Positions 1 through 8,669 of a DNA stretch of 64,000 bases are shown here, in pieces. The DNA comes from an uncultured Bacteroidales bacterium (GTDB lineage: Bacteria; Bacteroidota; Bacteroidia; Bacteroidales; FEN-979), in the NCBI GenBank assembly GCA_903887775.1, contig CAISRB010000011.1, positions 259,664 to 323,663 of the forward strand, in the 5' to 3' direction. The notes under the pieces are model-generated. The model saw only the letters and a program-made list of their open reading frames with translations, ran no database searches and had not been told where the DNA came from. The position numbers and the translations under genes are program-made. The first letter of the stretch is position 1, and each line of letters starts with the position of its first letter.

Positions 1-1533
1 CTCTCCCCTGGGATCAACCCAGGCGGTGAGGTAAGCTATATACACGGGGATCTTCTTTTTTAATGAATAGCTTGTTTCTTTTCCCGCTTGCATCGCAGCG
101 TCAATTTTTGCCGGGGTCCATTCCGGGTCATCCCTGAGAATTTCAATCGCAAAATCCCTGGGTTTCCCCACACGTATGCAGCCATGGCTGAATGCCCTGC
201 TTTCCTTTTCAAAAAGGCTTTTGGCAGGTGTATCATGCATATAGATATCATTTGAGTTCGGAAAGATGAACTTCACAAGCCCAAGCGAATTGTTCTTTCC
301 GGGCTTCTGGCGCACCTGCCCGTTGTTCCACTCCATGTTGTGGGCTGCCAGGTAATTCTTATTCTTTTTTATTCCTGGCTTAACCTCTTTATCGATGATG
401 CTTTTCGGCAGGTTCCAGTATGGGCTGAATACGATATAGCTCAGCATCCCGTTGAAAATTACCGTCTTTGTTGTATTCTTTCCGACTACCACAGGGGATT
501 CAAATGCACTTTTTCCCCCGCGTATAAAGTTTAAACGGTATGAGGGAATGTTAACGACGATATACTCCCTGGCTTTTGCAAATTCGGGTGAGATCCAACG
601 GCATCGTTCCATGTTTACGATGATCTGTTTGATGCGTTCACCAACCGCAACATTCATTGATCTGATGAGATCAGGACTTATATCCATATCCTGTATCTTC
701 CCGTTATGAAGCTGATACGCAGTCACAGCAATAAGCAATTCAGGATCATATTTCTCGCTCTTATTGTTGCTCTTTAAATCACCTGTTATAAAAAGCCTTT
801 CTCTTATCTGCCGGATCGCTTTTGCCGAGTCGCCCGGCTTGTAGGATCTGTTCCCCGGATCCGGGTCAATGGGTTTCCATCCCCCCTTTTTCTCAATTTC
901 ACGATACTTTTGCAAAACATCCCTAAGCTTGTAGTACTGGTTGAATAAAACGCTGTCGTCGCGGTTGATAAGCGTCGGATCCGACATGACCGAATCCAGC
1001 AAAGCATTAAAGGAGACCTGTTTGCGGGGCAGCAGCCAGCCCATGGCCGTGGTGGTGGAATCATCGAGCCCTTTATAGACATTACCTGCATAAAAAAGAT
1101 AAAGGTTGGTCAGCATCAGTTCGGTTTCTATCGGTGAGAGGGAATTTTCCACTTCATTATCGAACACACCGTCAATTGTTTCATCATATGGAAATCTGGC
1201 TGAAACCCCCTCTGCTTCAAGGTCTTTAACCTTGCCATAAAGCGTCTGGCCAAACTCCACAACCCCATGCTTGTCAAACCAGATCTGGTTGAACCGGTGT
1301 TGCCTGTAAACCATTAAAACTTCATCTTCGTATTTGTCCAGTTTGGGATAGTTACGGTAGAAGGTGTTCAGCAGGTTACTGTCGAAAGGCATGTGACTGT
1401 GCTGGTTAATAGCACCGTGAAGCTGGATTTCGCTGCCTTTTACTGATTTTCTCTTTGAATGGGACATGCAGGAATTGCCGGCCAATACCAGGCAAAACCC
1501 TATGGCAATAAATACGGTGTAAATCGTTCTCAC
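1..1533 (-). CDS. L,D-transpeptidase family lipoprotein (YkuD/YcbB-like), 3' end cut by window edge
   Basis: Absent from the ORF track because no stop lies inside the window. My own minus-strand translation is one open frame from GTG at 1533 (VRTIYTVFIAIGFCLVLAGNSC, lipoprotein-type signal) to position 1. It ends ...IYMHDTPAKSLFEKESRAFSHGCIRVGKPRDFA...IPVYIAYLTAWVDPRGE; SHGCIRV is the YkuD catalytic motif. Listed ORFs 60..251 and 804..1091 are out-of-frame shadows. Start codon (GTG 1533 or an upstream TTG) is uncertain. Confidence 0.85.
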   Translation of the reverse strand, partial: MRTIYTVFIAIGFCLVLAGNSCMSHSKRKSVKGSEIQLHGAINQHSHMPFDSNLLNTFYRNYPKLDKYEDEVLMVYRQHRFNQIWFDKHGVVEFGQTLYGKVKDLEAEGVSARFPYDETIDGVFDNEVENSLSPIETELMLTNLYLFYAGNVYKGLDDSTTTAMGWLLPRKQVSFNALLDSVMSDPTLINRDDSVLFNQYYKLRDVLQKYREIEKKGGWKPIDPDPGNRSYKPGDSAKAIRQIRERLFITGDLKSNNKSEKYDPELLIAVTAYQLHNGKIQDMDISPDLIRSMNVAVGERIKQIIVNMERCRWISPEFAKAREYIVVNIPSYRLNFIRGGKSAFESPVVVGKNTTKTVIFNGMLSYIVFSPYWNLPKSIIDKEVKPGIKKNKNYLAAHNMEWNNGQVRQKPGKNNSLGLVKFIFPNSNDIYMHDTPAKSLFEKESRAFSHGCIRVGKPRDFAIEILRDDPEWTPAKIDAAMQAGKETSYSLKKKIPVYIAYLTAWVDPRGE

Positions 1534-1643
1534 TTCAGCAAAGTTCTTCAATTTTTTGGAAACAGCAATGGGATCAACATATCCACTTTTAACTATCCGA
1601 TATGGGAAGATTAATCCAGAATCCCATAGTTTTTTAAGTTCTG

Positions 1644-1829
1644 TTAGAAATCACAGACCAGTAAAGTTTTTTCGCTCTTCTGCAAGGCCTCTTCTGCAAG
1701 CTTTTGTGCGGTTATGTCCTGCAATGTACCATGCAATCCGAAAATATTACCATTGTCATCATAATCAATTACAAAGATTATAAATATAAACATAAAAAAC
1801 GGAAAATCAACATCAGCCGGAAATTTCAT
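1644..1829 (-). pseudogene. Orphan PAS-domain C-terminal fragment (probable remnant of a sensor-kinase gene)
   Basis: 61-aa ORF. VIDYDDNGNIFGLHGTLQDITAQKLAEEALQKSEKT resembles the last strands of a PAS fold plus the DIT..K.AEE linker. There is no PAS core upstream and no kinase downstream. Its ATG lies inside a TAGTTTTG box serving the opposite strand. Confidence 0.3.
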
Positions 1830-1836
1830 AGTTTTG
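1829..1836 (+). promoter_or_regulatory. Bacteroidota-type -7 box TAGTTTTG (TAnnTTTG) upstream of the 1880 gene
   Basis: Exact match to the TAnnTTTG consensus, 44 nt upstream of the ATG at 1880. Confidence 0.35.
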
Positions 1837-1879
1837 ACAATTCATTTTTCGTTGTATTTCTTCAACCCTTGTCAGTGCA

Positions 1880-3151
1880 ATGAGAATATCGCCCGTGAAT
1901 GCCGGAATGATCGACCTGGTGATGTCAGATGATGATCACCTTGTCTATTATAATAACAAACCTTTACTAACAGCCGGAGGAAATGAGATCAAAACCGGGA
2001 ACCAGAGGGTTCTCAAGCAACTGATCATTGAATCCTGCCTGCTGAATATGATCACTGATGAGAAAATCTGCTTTTTCGCCCTTCAGTCGGCAAATACTGA
2101 TTTTCTTGGTTCGGGGAAGGATCCCTTTCTCGATCAGTTTGATGAACTGTGCAGCTGTGACCCCTTTATTCAGCTCAGGAAGGGAAGCATTACTGCAGGC
2201 GAGATCAGTTCCGGGGGGTCCCTGGAGTCGCTTCCGGATAAAGATCCTGTGCTTTTCAATATGATGTTCTGGGGTGTGAGCGGGGCGCTGGAGGCTTTTT
2301 CGCTCTTTTGCATTGATTTCAGGGAAACCACGCTGAATGGGAAAAAAATTACCGACTGGAATGGTTTTATAAAAAACGTTTATTCAGGGCTCCCTGATCA
2401 TCAGAGAACAATCGTCAACCTCCTTTCCTTAACTCATCATTCGGGAGTGGTTTTACCTATGTTACTTGTCTGCGGATATCTTAACGGAATGGAATATGTG
2501 AACGGGCTTTCATCGATTCATTTTCGGATGGCTGAGGCCACGGCCGTTTCGCCGTTTTCTGTTCCCCGGGTAAGTGCAGGACGTTCTGATTTTCTGACCA
2601 TTGTACCTTTGATCCTTGATGATGTACAGAAAGCCCTTCAATTTCTTGATTCATATAAACCTGTACGTTTGAAAGGCATTGCAGGCATTATCGGGAAGGG
2701 GGAAGGATATGATCTTGAATTTAAGTCCACATTGAGATGGGACCTGAAAGCCGGGAAAACAAACCAGCAGATAGAACGGGCCTGCCTGAAGACGATCTCT
2801 GCCTTTTTAAATTCAAGCGGCGGGATACTGCTCATCGGAGTAAGGGACGACGGGAGTGTCGAAGGGATTGAGAGTGACCGTTTCCCGAATACCGATAAAT
2901 TTCTACTTCACTTATGGACTCTCATCAGGACTTCCTTCGGCACCGACGTGAGCCCGAACATACAAACGAAGCTTGAACCTGCAGAAGGTAAGACAGTATG
3001 CACGGTCAGGTGCAACCGTTCAGGCAGGCCTGTATTCCTGAGACAACCAGGTTTCGAAGAGGAATTTTATGTGCGAGTAGGCCCCGGCACCATTGCCCTC
3101 GCAGTAAGCGAAGCCCTGAAATATATTTCAGATCATTTTACCGGGAAATAG
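1880..3151 (+). CDS. Uncharacterised ~270-aa N-terminal domain fused to a C-terminal AlbA_2 / Schlafen-type putative DNA-binding domain
   Basis: 423-aa ORF. The C-terminal third (GEGYDLEFKSTLRWDLKAGKTNQQIERACLKTISAFLNSSGGILLIGVRDDGSVEGIESD) matches the AlbA_2 signature (E.K... then GG.L.IGV.D.G...G). I do not recognise the N-terminal part. Confidence 0.6.
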   Translation: MRISPVNAGMIDLVMSDDDHLVYYNNKPLLTAGGNEIKTGNQRVLKQLIIESCLLNMITDEKICFFALQSANTDFLGSGKDPFLDQFDELCSCDPFIQLRKGSITAGEISSGGSLESLPDKDPVLFNMMFWGVSGALEAFSLFCIDFRETTLNGKKITDWNGFIKNVYSGLPDHQRTIVNLLSLTHHSGVVLPMLLVCGYLNGMEYVNGLSSIHFRMAEATAVSPFSVPRVSAGRSDFLTIVPLILDDVQKALQFLDSYKPVRLKGIAGIIGKGEGYDLEFKSTLRWDLKAGKTNQQIERACLKTISAFLNSSGGILLIGVRDDGSVEGIESDRFPNTDKFLLHLWTLIRTSFGTDVSPNIQTKLEPAEGKTVCTVRCNRSGRPVFLRQPGFEEEFYVRVGPGTIALAVSEALKYISDHFTGK

Positions 3152-3190
3152 CAAACTGCCCATGGCGGGAAGAAAAAAACAGCATATATT

Positions 3191-3883
3191 TCAGGGCTGG
3201 GGGGAAAAAATGTTGTACATGGTCTGAGGAAGCCCTCCCCAGTTGAGGCCTTCGATACCATGATTATGTGCAGGAGCGAATGGGTTGAGGTTGTATGGAT
3301 CCCGGCCCTGGTTCATCTCAAAACCAGCCTGTATAAATACATGCTTGCCCAACTTGTACTGGGCATTCACATTAAAACCCTGTGAACCCTGGCCTGCGTT
3401 ATAACTATAAGGCGCATAAGCGATCGATCTCCCGGCAAGCGGGATCTCCTTATAAAACGCGCCGCTGATCGTAAGGCGGTCGCTTACGAAATACGTTCCG
3501 GCAGCAAACACCGTAATACTCGTATAATTTCCACTGTATGGCTCAAAGATATCCCCGGAATAAAGAGGACGAGCATTGAAATAATTAGTGTTGGCAACGG
3601 AGATCCCTCCGCTCAAGATAAATCTCTTCCCAAGTGCATAACTGACGCTGGGGGTCACATATTCTGTAAACCCTGAGCCATAACCGGAAGCTGTAAAGAA
3701 ATCCATCCCGGCAGAGACATGATATTCAGGTTTTTTAATCTGATGAAATCCCCCGAACGGCTTTGATTTTTGTATGCCTGAAGTATCCTTTTCAACCGCA
3801 GCCTTTGGCATAATATCAACCGCCTGTCCGACACATTGGAGGATTATTGTCAGGGAGAACAAAAGAACCAAAAAAGGCTTCAT
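3191..3883 (-). CDS. Putative outer-membrane beta-barrel protein
   Basis: 230 aa. Signal peptide MKPFLVLLFSLTIILQCVGQA. Gly/Tyr/Ser-rich alternating pattern with aromatic strand ends, typical of small OM barrels. Confidence 0.5.
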   Translation of the reverse strand: MKPFLVLLFSLTIILQCVGQAVDIMPKAAVEKDTSGIQKSKPFGGFHQIKKPEYHVSAGMDFFTASGYGSGFTEYVTPSVSYALGKRFILSGGISVANTNYFNARPLYSGDIFEPYSGNYTSITVFAAGTYFVSDRLTISGAFYKEIPLAGRSIAYAPYSYNAGQGSQGFNVNAQYKLGKHVFIQAGFEMNQGRDPYNLNPFAPAHNHGIEGLNWGGLPQTMYNIFSPQP

Positions 3884-3896
3884 AACGAAAAAACGT

Positions 3897-4364
3897 TTAT
3901 TTGAATGCCATCGTATCTCTTGCTGTAATTTTTTCGCAATAATGGCAACGCAGCTTTAACTCATCCTTATTAACCACATCAAACCGGGTAATCACATCTT
4001 CGACATTGGTTATACAGTTGGGGTTAAAGCACTTGACTATTTTTTCCACTTTTGACGGGATCTCTACCTTCTTTTTCTCGCTAACACTGAAGTTCTTGAT
4101 AAGGATAAGAGTTGCAGAAGGGGCAACAAGGGCGATCTTATTGATTTCATCACTTTTGAAGAATTTGTTGCTGACCTTGATGATTCCTTTCTTACCCATT
4201 TTCTGGCTTTCAAGGTTAGTGCCAATCAGGATCTGATCGTTGTACTCCATCAGGTTGAGTATCCTCAGTACCTGGTAAACACTCTGAACAGGGATATGAT
4301 CTATTACGGTACCGTTTTCAATTGCCGATACTTTTAATTCTTTTCTTTGTTCTGTATTTTCCAT
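3897..4364 (-). CDS. pyrI: Aspartate carbamoyltransferase regulatory subunit
   Basis: 155 aa. LKVSAIENGTVIDHIP allosteric-domain motif and C-terminal zinc domain CFNPNCIT...CHYCEK. Lies directly downstream of pyrB. Confidence 0.9.
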   Translation of the reverse strand: MENTEQRKELKVSAIENGTVIDHIPVQSVYQVLRILNLMEYNDQILIGTNLESQKMGKKGIIKVSNKFFKSDEINKIALVAPSATLILIKNFSVSEKKKVEIPSKVEKIVKCFNPNCITNVEDVITRFDVVNKDELKLRCHYCEKITARDTMAFK

Positions 4365-4378
4365 AATTCCTGCTTTTA

Positions 4379-5290
4379 TTATTCAACCACTCCAAGTATA
4401 GCTGCCAGAATTGCCTGGCGTACAAAAACCCCGTTAAGGGCCTGCGTGAAATAATAGGCCTTTGGGTTGTCGTCAACATCATATGTGATCTCATTGACCC
4501 TTGGCAAAGGATGCAGTATCCTCAGGTTTGATTTTGCATTATCGAGAAGGTTGTTCCTGAGAATGTACGAATTCTTTACCTTTTCATATTCCATAGGATC
4601 CTGGAACCTTTCTTTCTGTATCCGGGTCATATACAAGATATCCACTTTCGGGATGACTTCGCTCATGTCGGTATACTGGTGATACGCAAGGTTACGCTCT
4701 TTGATATGAATTTTAACTGAACTGGGTAATTTCAGCTCAGCCGGTGAAACCAGGTGAAAGGTGGTATTATAATTGCAGAGCGCCATAGTAAGCGAATGAA
4801 CTGTACGTCCGTACTTAAGGTCTCCCACAAATGCTATGTTAAGATTATCGAGTGTCCCCTGGGTTTTCCTGATCGAATACAGGTCGAGCAGGGTTTGTGT
4901 CGGATGCTGGTTTGCCCCGTCGCCTGCATTGATCACCGGCACCCGGCTCACCTCGCTGGCAAACCTGGCGCTGCCTTCCCTGGGATGCCTCATGATAATA
5001 ATATCGGCATAATTACTTACGGTCCTTATGGTATCTCTGAGGGATTCGCCTTTTTGCACGCTTGAACTGCCCGGCTCGGAAAAACCGATCACCCGGGCTC
5101 CAAGCCTGGTTGCGGCGCTTTCGAAACTGAGCCGTGTACGTGTTGAAGGTTCGAAAAACAAGGTTGCAACAACGTAATCTTCGAGAATGTGCTGTTTGGG
5201 GCGCCGTTCAAAAGCTCCTGCCAGGTCCAGGATATGGATGTGTTCCTCCCTCGTGAAATCATTGATGGATACTAAACTTTTATTCTTCAT
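4379..5290 (-). CDS. pyrB: Aspartate carbamoyltransferase catalytic subunit
   Basis: 303 aa with the STRTRLSFE carbamoyl-phosphate motif, plus HPTQ and HPLPR motifs. Confidence 0.95.
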   Translation of the reverse strand: MKNKSLVSINDFTREEHIHILDLAGAFERRPKQHILEDYVVATLFFEPSTRTRLSFESAATRLGARVIGFSEPGSSSVQKGESLRDTIRTVSNYADIIIMRHPREGSARFASEVSRVPVINAGDGANQHPTQTLLDLYSIRKTQGTLDNLNIAFVGDLKYGRTVHSLTMALCNYNTTFHLVSPAELKLPSSVKIHIKERNLAYHQYTDMSEVIPKVDILYMTRIQKERFQDPMEYEKVKNSYILRNNLLDNAKSNLRILHPLPRVNEITYDVDDNPKAYYFTQALNGVFVRQAILAAILGVVE

Positions 5291-5321
5291 ACAATCGATG
5301 TTTAAGCATGAACAAATATCA

Positions 5322-5352
5322 AAAAAAAATCCCGTATGAACGGGATTTTTTT
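5322..5352 (-). terminator. Intrinsic terminator after the 5355..6695 gene
   Basis: The minus-strand RNA reads A7-AUCCCG-UUCAUA-CGGGAU-U9: a perfect stem followed by a U-run, 3 nt after the stop codon. Confidence 0.7.
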
Positions 5353-5354
5353 AA

Positions 5355-6695
5355 TTATTTGATTTTATTCTTCTTTAAAAAATCATTCAGGATTCCAACC
5401 ATATCGGGTTGGCCGATTTCCTGGAGATCATAATAAACCCTGGTATTGGGTTTCTTTATCTTGATCAGGCGGTTGAGATCAATAGGCGTGGCAATGATGA
5501 CCGAATCACACTTTGTTTTGTTGACTGTGGCTTCGAGGTCTTTGACCTGTTGTTCGCCATATCCCATGGCGGGCAGGAGAGTGCCTATATTCGGATAGAT
5601 ACGGAATGTTTCGGCCAGTTTGCCAACCACGAAAGGCCTCGGGTCAACGATCTCGGCAGCGCCGTATTTCTGGGCGGCAACTATGCCGGCGCCTATCTTC
5701 ATTTCGCCATGTGTCAGTGTAGGGCCATCCTCAATTACCAATACTCTTTTTCCGCGGATGATCTCCGGATTATCAACCCGTATCGGAGAAGCTCCGTCAA
5801 CCACGATAGCAAGAGGGTTGAGTTTCCTGATGTTATTACGAACTATTGTGATATTCTCGATGGAAGCTGAGTCAATCTTATTCAAAACAACCACATCGGC
5901 AATCCGGATATTCACTTCGCCCGGATAGTAACCAACTTCAGCGCCGGGGCGATGGGGGTCGGCGACAGTGACCATAAGGTCAGGCTTGTAAAAGGGAAAG
6001 TCGTTATTGCCGCCATCCCAGAGGATCACATCACATCCCTTCGGGTCTTTCTCAGCAGCGCGGAGAATAGCTTCGTAATCAACCCCGGCATAGATCACAT
6101 TGCCCCTGACAACATGGGGTTCATATTCTTCCATTTCCTCAATGGTGCATTTATGTTTTGCAAGATCTTTTACAGTAGCAAAACGCTGCACCTTCTGGGC
6201 AACAAGGTCTCCGTACGGCATAGGATGACGAATTGCTACTACTTTAAGCCCCTTCGCCATAAGGATCTCAATAATCCGGCGGGAAGTCTGGCTTTTTCCG
6301 CAACCTGTACGTGTGGCTCCGACAGCGATCACAGGTTTTGTGCTTTTAATCATGGTATCTTTGGGACCCAGCAGCAGGAAGTTGGCCCCGGCTGCGTTCA
6401 CAACTGCACTAATGTTCATAACCCTTGCATAGGGGACATCGCTGTATGCAAAATTGCAGATATCAACGTTGAATTTCCTGATGAGCGAGGGTAACTCAGC
6501 TTCTGCAAAGATCGGAATGCCTTTGGGATAAAGTTTTCCGGCCAGGGCAGCAGGATATTTCCTCCCGTCAATATCGGGGATCTGTGCAGCTGTAAAGGCT
6601 ACTACATTGAAATTCGCGTTGTCGCGATAATACGTGTTGAAATTGTGAAAATCTCTTCCGGCCGCGCCGATAATAATTACATTTTTTTTCGTCAT
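5355..6695 (-). CDS. COG2403-type P-loop protein (annotated in databases as GTPase / cyclic 2,3-diphosphoglycerate synthetase-like)
   Basis: MTKKNVIIIGAAGRDFHNFN..., Walker A GATRTGCGKSQT. Start moved to the ATG at 6695: the 496-aa track ORF extends over the argS promoter, and a TACCTTTG box lies at 6729-6736. Confidence 0.65.
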   Translation of the reverse strand: MTKKNVIIIGAAGRDFHNFNTYYRDNANFNVVAFTAAQIPDIDGRKYPAALAGKLYPKGIPIFAEAELPSLIRKFNVDICNFAYSDVPYARVMNISAVVNAAGANFLLLGPKDTMIKSTKPVIAVGATRTGCGKSQTSRRIIEILMAKGLKVVAIRHPMPYGDLVAQKVQRFATVKDLAKHKCTIEEMEEYEPHVVRGNVIYAGVDYEAILRAAEKDPKGCDVILWDGGNNDFPFYKPDLMVTVADPHRPGAEVGYYPGEVNIRIADVVVLNKIDSASIENITIVRNNIRKLNPLAIVVDGASPIRVDNPEIIRGKRVLVIEDGPTLTHGEMKIGAGIVAAQKYGAAEIVDPRPFVVGKLAETFRIYPNIGTLLPAMGYGEQQVKDLEATVNKTKCDSVIIATPIDLNRLIKIKKPNTRVYYDLQEIGQPDMVGILNDFLKKNKIK

Positions 6696-6728
6696 ATAGT
6701 GTGTGTTATAAAGTTGTCCCGCTTTTTG

Positions 6729-6736
6729 CAAAGGTA
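6729..6736 (-). promoter_or_regulatory. -7 box TACCTTTG for the 5355..6695 gene
   Basis: The reverse complement of caaaggta matches TAnnTTTG, 34 nt upstream of the ATG at 6695. Confidence 0.4.
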
Positions 6737-6772
6737 TTGATATTTGGGTAATTAAACAAAACCAAAAAACGC

Positions 6773-6780
6773 TACTTTTG
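6773..6780 (+). promoter_or_regulatory. -7 box TACTTTTG for argS
   Basis: Exact TAnnTTTG, 19 nt upstream of the ATG at 6799. The TTG used by the ORF track at 6778 lies inside this box. Confidence 0.45.
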
Positions 6781-6798
6781 CAAAAAATATTAAATCTG

Positions 6799-8589
6799 AT
6801 GTTCGAAAAACGCCTTCTTGCTGCCACTGACAATGCCATCAGCAAATTGTATGGACCGGGGTTTGATTTATCCCTTCTAACAATCGAAAGAACAAAGAAA
6901 GAGATAGAAGGCGACTACACCCTGGTTGTATTCCCTCTGCTGAAACTCTCCCGTAAGAGCCCTGAGCAAACTGCCTCGGAACTTGGCGGGATGCTCTTGA
7001 AAGAACTTTCCGAAATCAGCTCATACAAGGTCATTAAAGGTTTTCTTAATCTTATAATGTCTGATGAATTCTGGATCTCTTTCCTTTCAGAGAATTATAA
7101 CAGGGATGAGTTCGGTGTTTGTCCTGTCTTAAGCGAAGAAAAGGTGGTTTTTGAATACAGTTCACCCAACACGAATAAACCTCTCCACCTCGGGCATATC
7201 CGGAATAACCTGCTCGGACACTCATTGTCGCAGATCCTTACAGCCAGCGGTTTTCCTGTTATCAAAGTGAACCTGGTCAATGATCGAGGGATCCATATCT
7301 GTAAATCCATGCTGGCATACATGAAATGGGGAGAGGGCGAAACTCCGGCATCTTCAGGTATGAAGGGTGACAAGCTCATTGGTAAGTATTATGTGCTTTT
7401 CGATAAAAAATATAAGGAAGAGATCAAAGACCTCATTGAAAAAGGAATTACTGAGGATGAAGCCGGTCAGCTTTCACACCTGATGATTGAAGCAAGGGAG
7501 ATCCTGAGGAAATGGGAAGACGGGGACCGGGAGACTGTAAATCTTTGGAAACTCATGAACGGGTGGGCTTACGAGGGTTTTGAAGTAACTTATAATAGGC
7601 TGGGGGTTGAATTCGATCATATATATTATGAAAGCGACACTTACCTCTCGGGCAAGGAGCTCGTAGTTGAGGGTCTCGCAAAAGGAGTATTGCGAAAGCA
7701 TGAGGATCAAAGTATATGGATTGACCTGACTTCGGAAGGCCTGGATGAAAAACTGCTCTTGCGATCGGACGGCACATCGGTATATATGACCCAGGACCTG
7801 GGAACAGCCCAGATACGATATGATGATTATCATCCATCGCGGATGATCTATGTTGTAGGCAATGAACAGAATTACCATTTTGATGTGCTGAAAAGGATAC
7901 TGCTTAAGCTGAATAAGCCCTATGCCCCTTCGATCTATCATCTTTCTTACGGAATGGTTGAACTTCCTGAAGGCAGGATGAAATCAAGGGAAGGTACAGT
8001 AGTTGATGCCGATGACCTGATGGAAGAGATGTACACCACGGCGGCTGACATGACCATCAAGCTTGGCAAGGCCGGCGGTTTCCCCGGGAAGGAAGCTGAA
8101 AAACTATTTGAAGCCATCGGACTGGGAGCTTTGAAATATTATATTCTGAAGGTCGATCCCAGGAAAAATATGCTTTTCGATCCGAAAGAGTCAATTGATT
8201 TCAACGGCAATACCGGGCCTTTTATTCAGTATACTTATGCCCGGATCAATTCCCTTATTTCAAAAGCATCCGTGATGTCGCAACTGCCCGGGAAAGATAC
8301 GATTCTGACCGGCTTTTCACTGATGCCATCAGAAAAGGAAACCATAAAATCTCTGATGATCTATCCCCAGGTCGTCTCGCAGGCAGCTGATGAGCTGAAC
8401 CCGGCAATTGTTGCAAATTATGTTTATGAACTGGCAAAAAAGTATAATCAGTTTTATCAGGAGATCCCTGTATTGAAAGAGGAAAATCCCGGGCTCAGGC
8501 AGCTACGGCTTATGCTTTCGGTATTTACCGCTTCGGTGATCAGGAAGTCACTTAATTTACTGGGTATAGAAAGTCCTGAAAGAATGTAA
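6799..8589 (+). CDS. argS: Arginine--tRNA ligase
   Basis: HIGH-class motif SSPNTNKPLHLGHIRN, MKSREG (KMSKS-like) and the C-terminal anticodon-binding helical region. The ATG at 6799 is preferred over the TTG at 6778. Confidence 0.93.
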   Translation: MFEKRLLAATDNAISKLYGPGFDLSLLTIERTKKEIEGDYTLVVFPLLKLSRKSPEQTASELGGMLLKELSEISSYKVIKGFLNLIMSDEFWISFLSENYNRDEFGVCPVLSEEKVVFEYSSPNTNKPLHLGHIRNNLLGHSLSQILTASGFPVIKVNLVNDRGIHICKSMLAYMKWGEGETPASSGMKGDKLIGKYYVLFDKKYKEEIKDLIEKGITEDEAGQLSHLMIEAREILRKWEDGDRETVNLWKLMNGWAYEGFEVTYNRLGVEFDHIYYESDTYLSGKELVVEGLAKGVLRKHEDQSIWIDLTSEGLDEKLLLRSDGTSVYMTQDLGTAQIRYDDYHPSRMIYVVGNEQNYHFDVLKRILLKLNKPYAPSIYHLSYGMVELPEGRMKSREGTVVDADDLMEEMYTTAADMTIKLGKAGGFPGKEAEKLFEAIGLGALKYYILKVDPRKNMLFDPKESIDFNGNTGPFIQYTYARINSLISKASVMSQLPGKDTILTGFSLMPSEKETIKSLMIYPQVVSQAADELNPAIVANYVYELAKKYNQFYQEIPVLKEENPGLRQLRLMLSVFTASVIRKSLNLLGIESPERM

Positions 8590-8610
8590 TGCCCTCCGTG
8601 TAAAAAGCTC

Positions 8611-8638
8611 GCTTTTCGCTTTTCGCCTTTCGCTTTTT
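8611..8638. repeat. Heptanucleotide tandem array, 4 units (GCTTTTC GCTTTTC GCCTTTC GCTTTTT)
   Basis: Read directly. It abuts the ffh -7 box. Confidence 0.8.
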
Positions 8639-8642
8639 TTCA

Positions 8643-8650
8643 TACCTTTG
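8643..8650 (+). promoter_or_regulatory. -7 box TACCTTTG for ffh
   Basis: Exact TAnnTTTG, 20 nt upstream of the ATG at 8670. Followed by CACCCC, as at thrS. Confidence 0.45.
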
Positions 8651-8669
8651 CACCCCAAAAGTAATTCCG

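Noticed and set aside
5355-6695. Functional link between the COG2403 P-loop gene and pyrBI
   Set aside because: A strong intrinsic terminator (5322-5352) separates them, so co-transcription is unlikely. Adjacency alone is not evidence.
6696-6845. N-terminal extensions of track ORFs. Also: 10798-10953 (queE), 24217-24288 (ndk), 24237-24290 (DHH), 35793-35867 (kinase), 58259-58312 (EEP), 59187-59237 (rhomboid), 62643-62741 (DUF6580) and 6778-6798 (argS).
   Set aside because: The extensions overlap neighbouring genes or TAnnTTTG boxes and add non-homologous residues ahead of recognisable family N-termini. Internal starts remove the overlaps.
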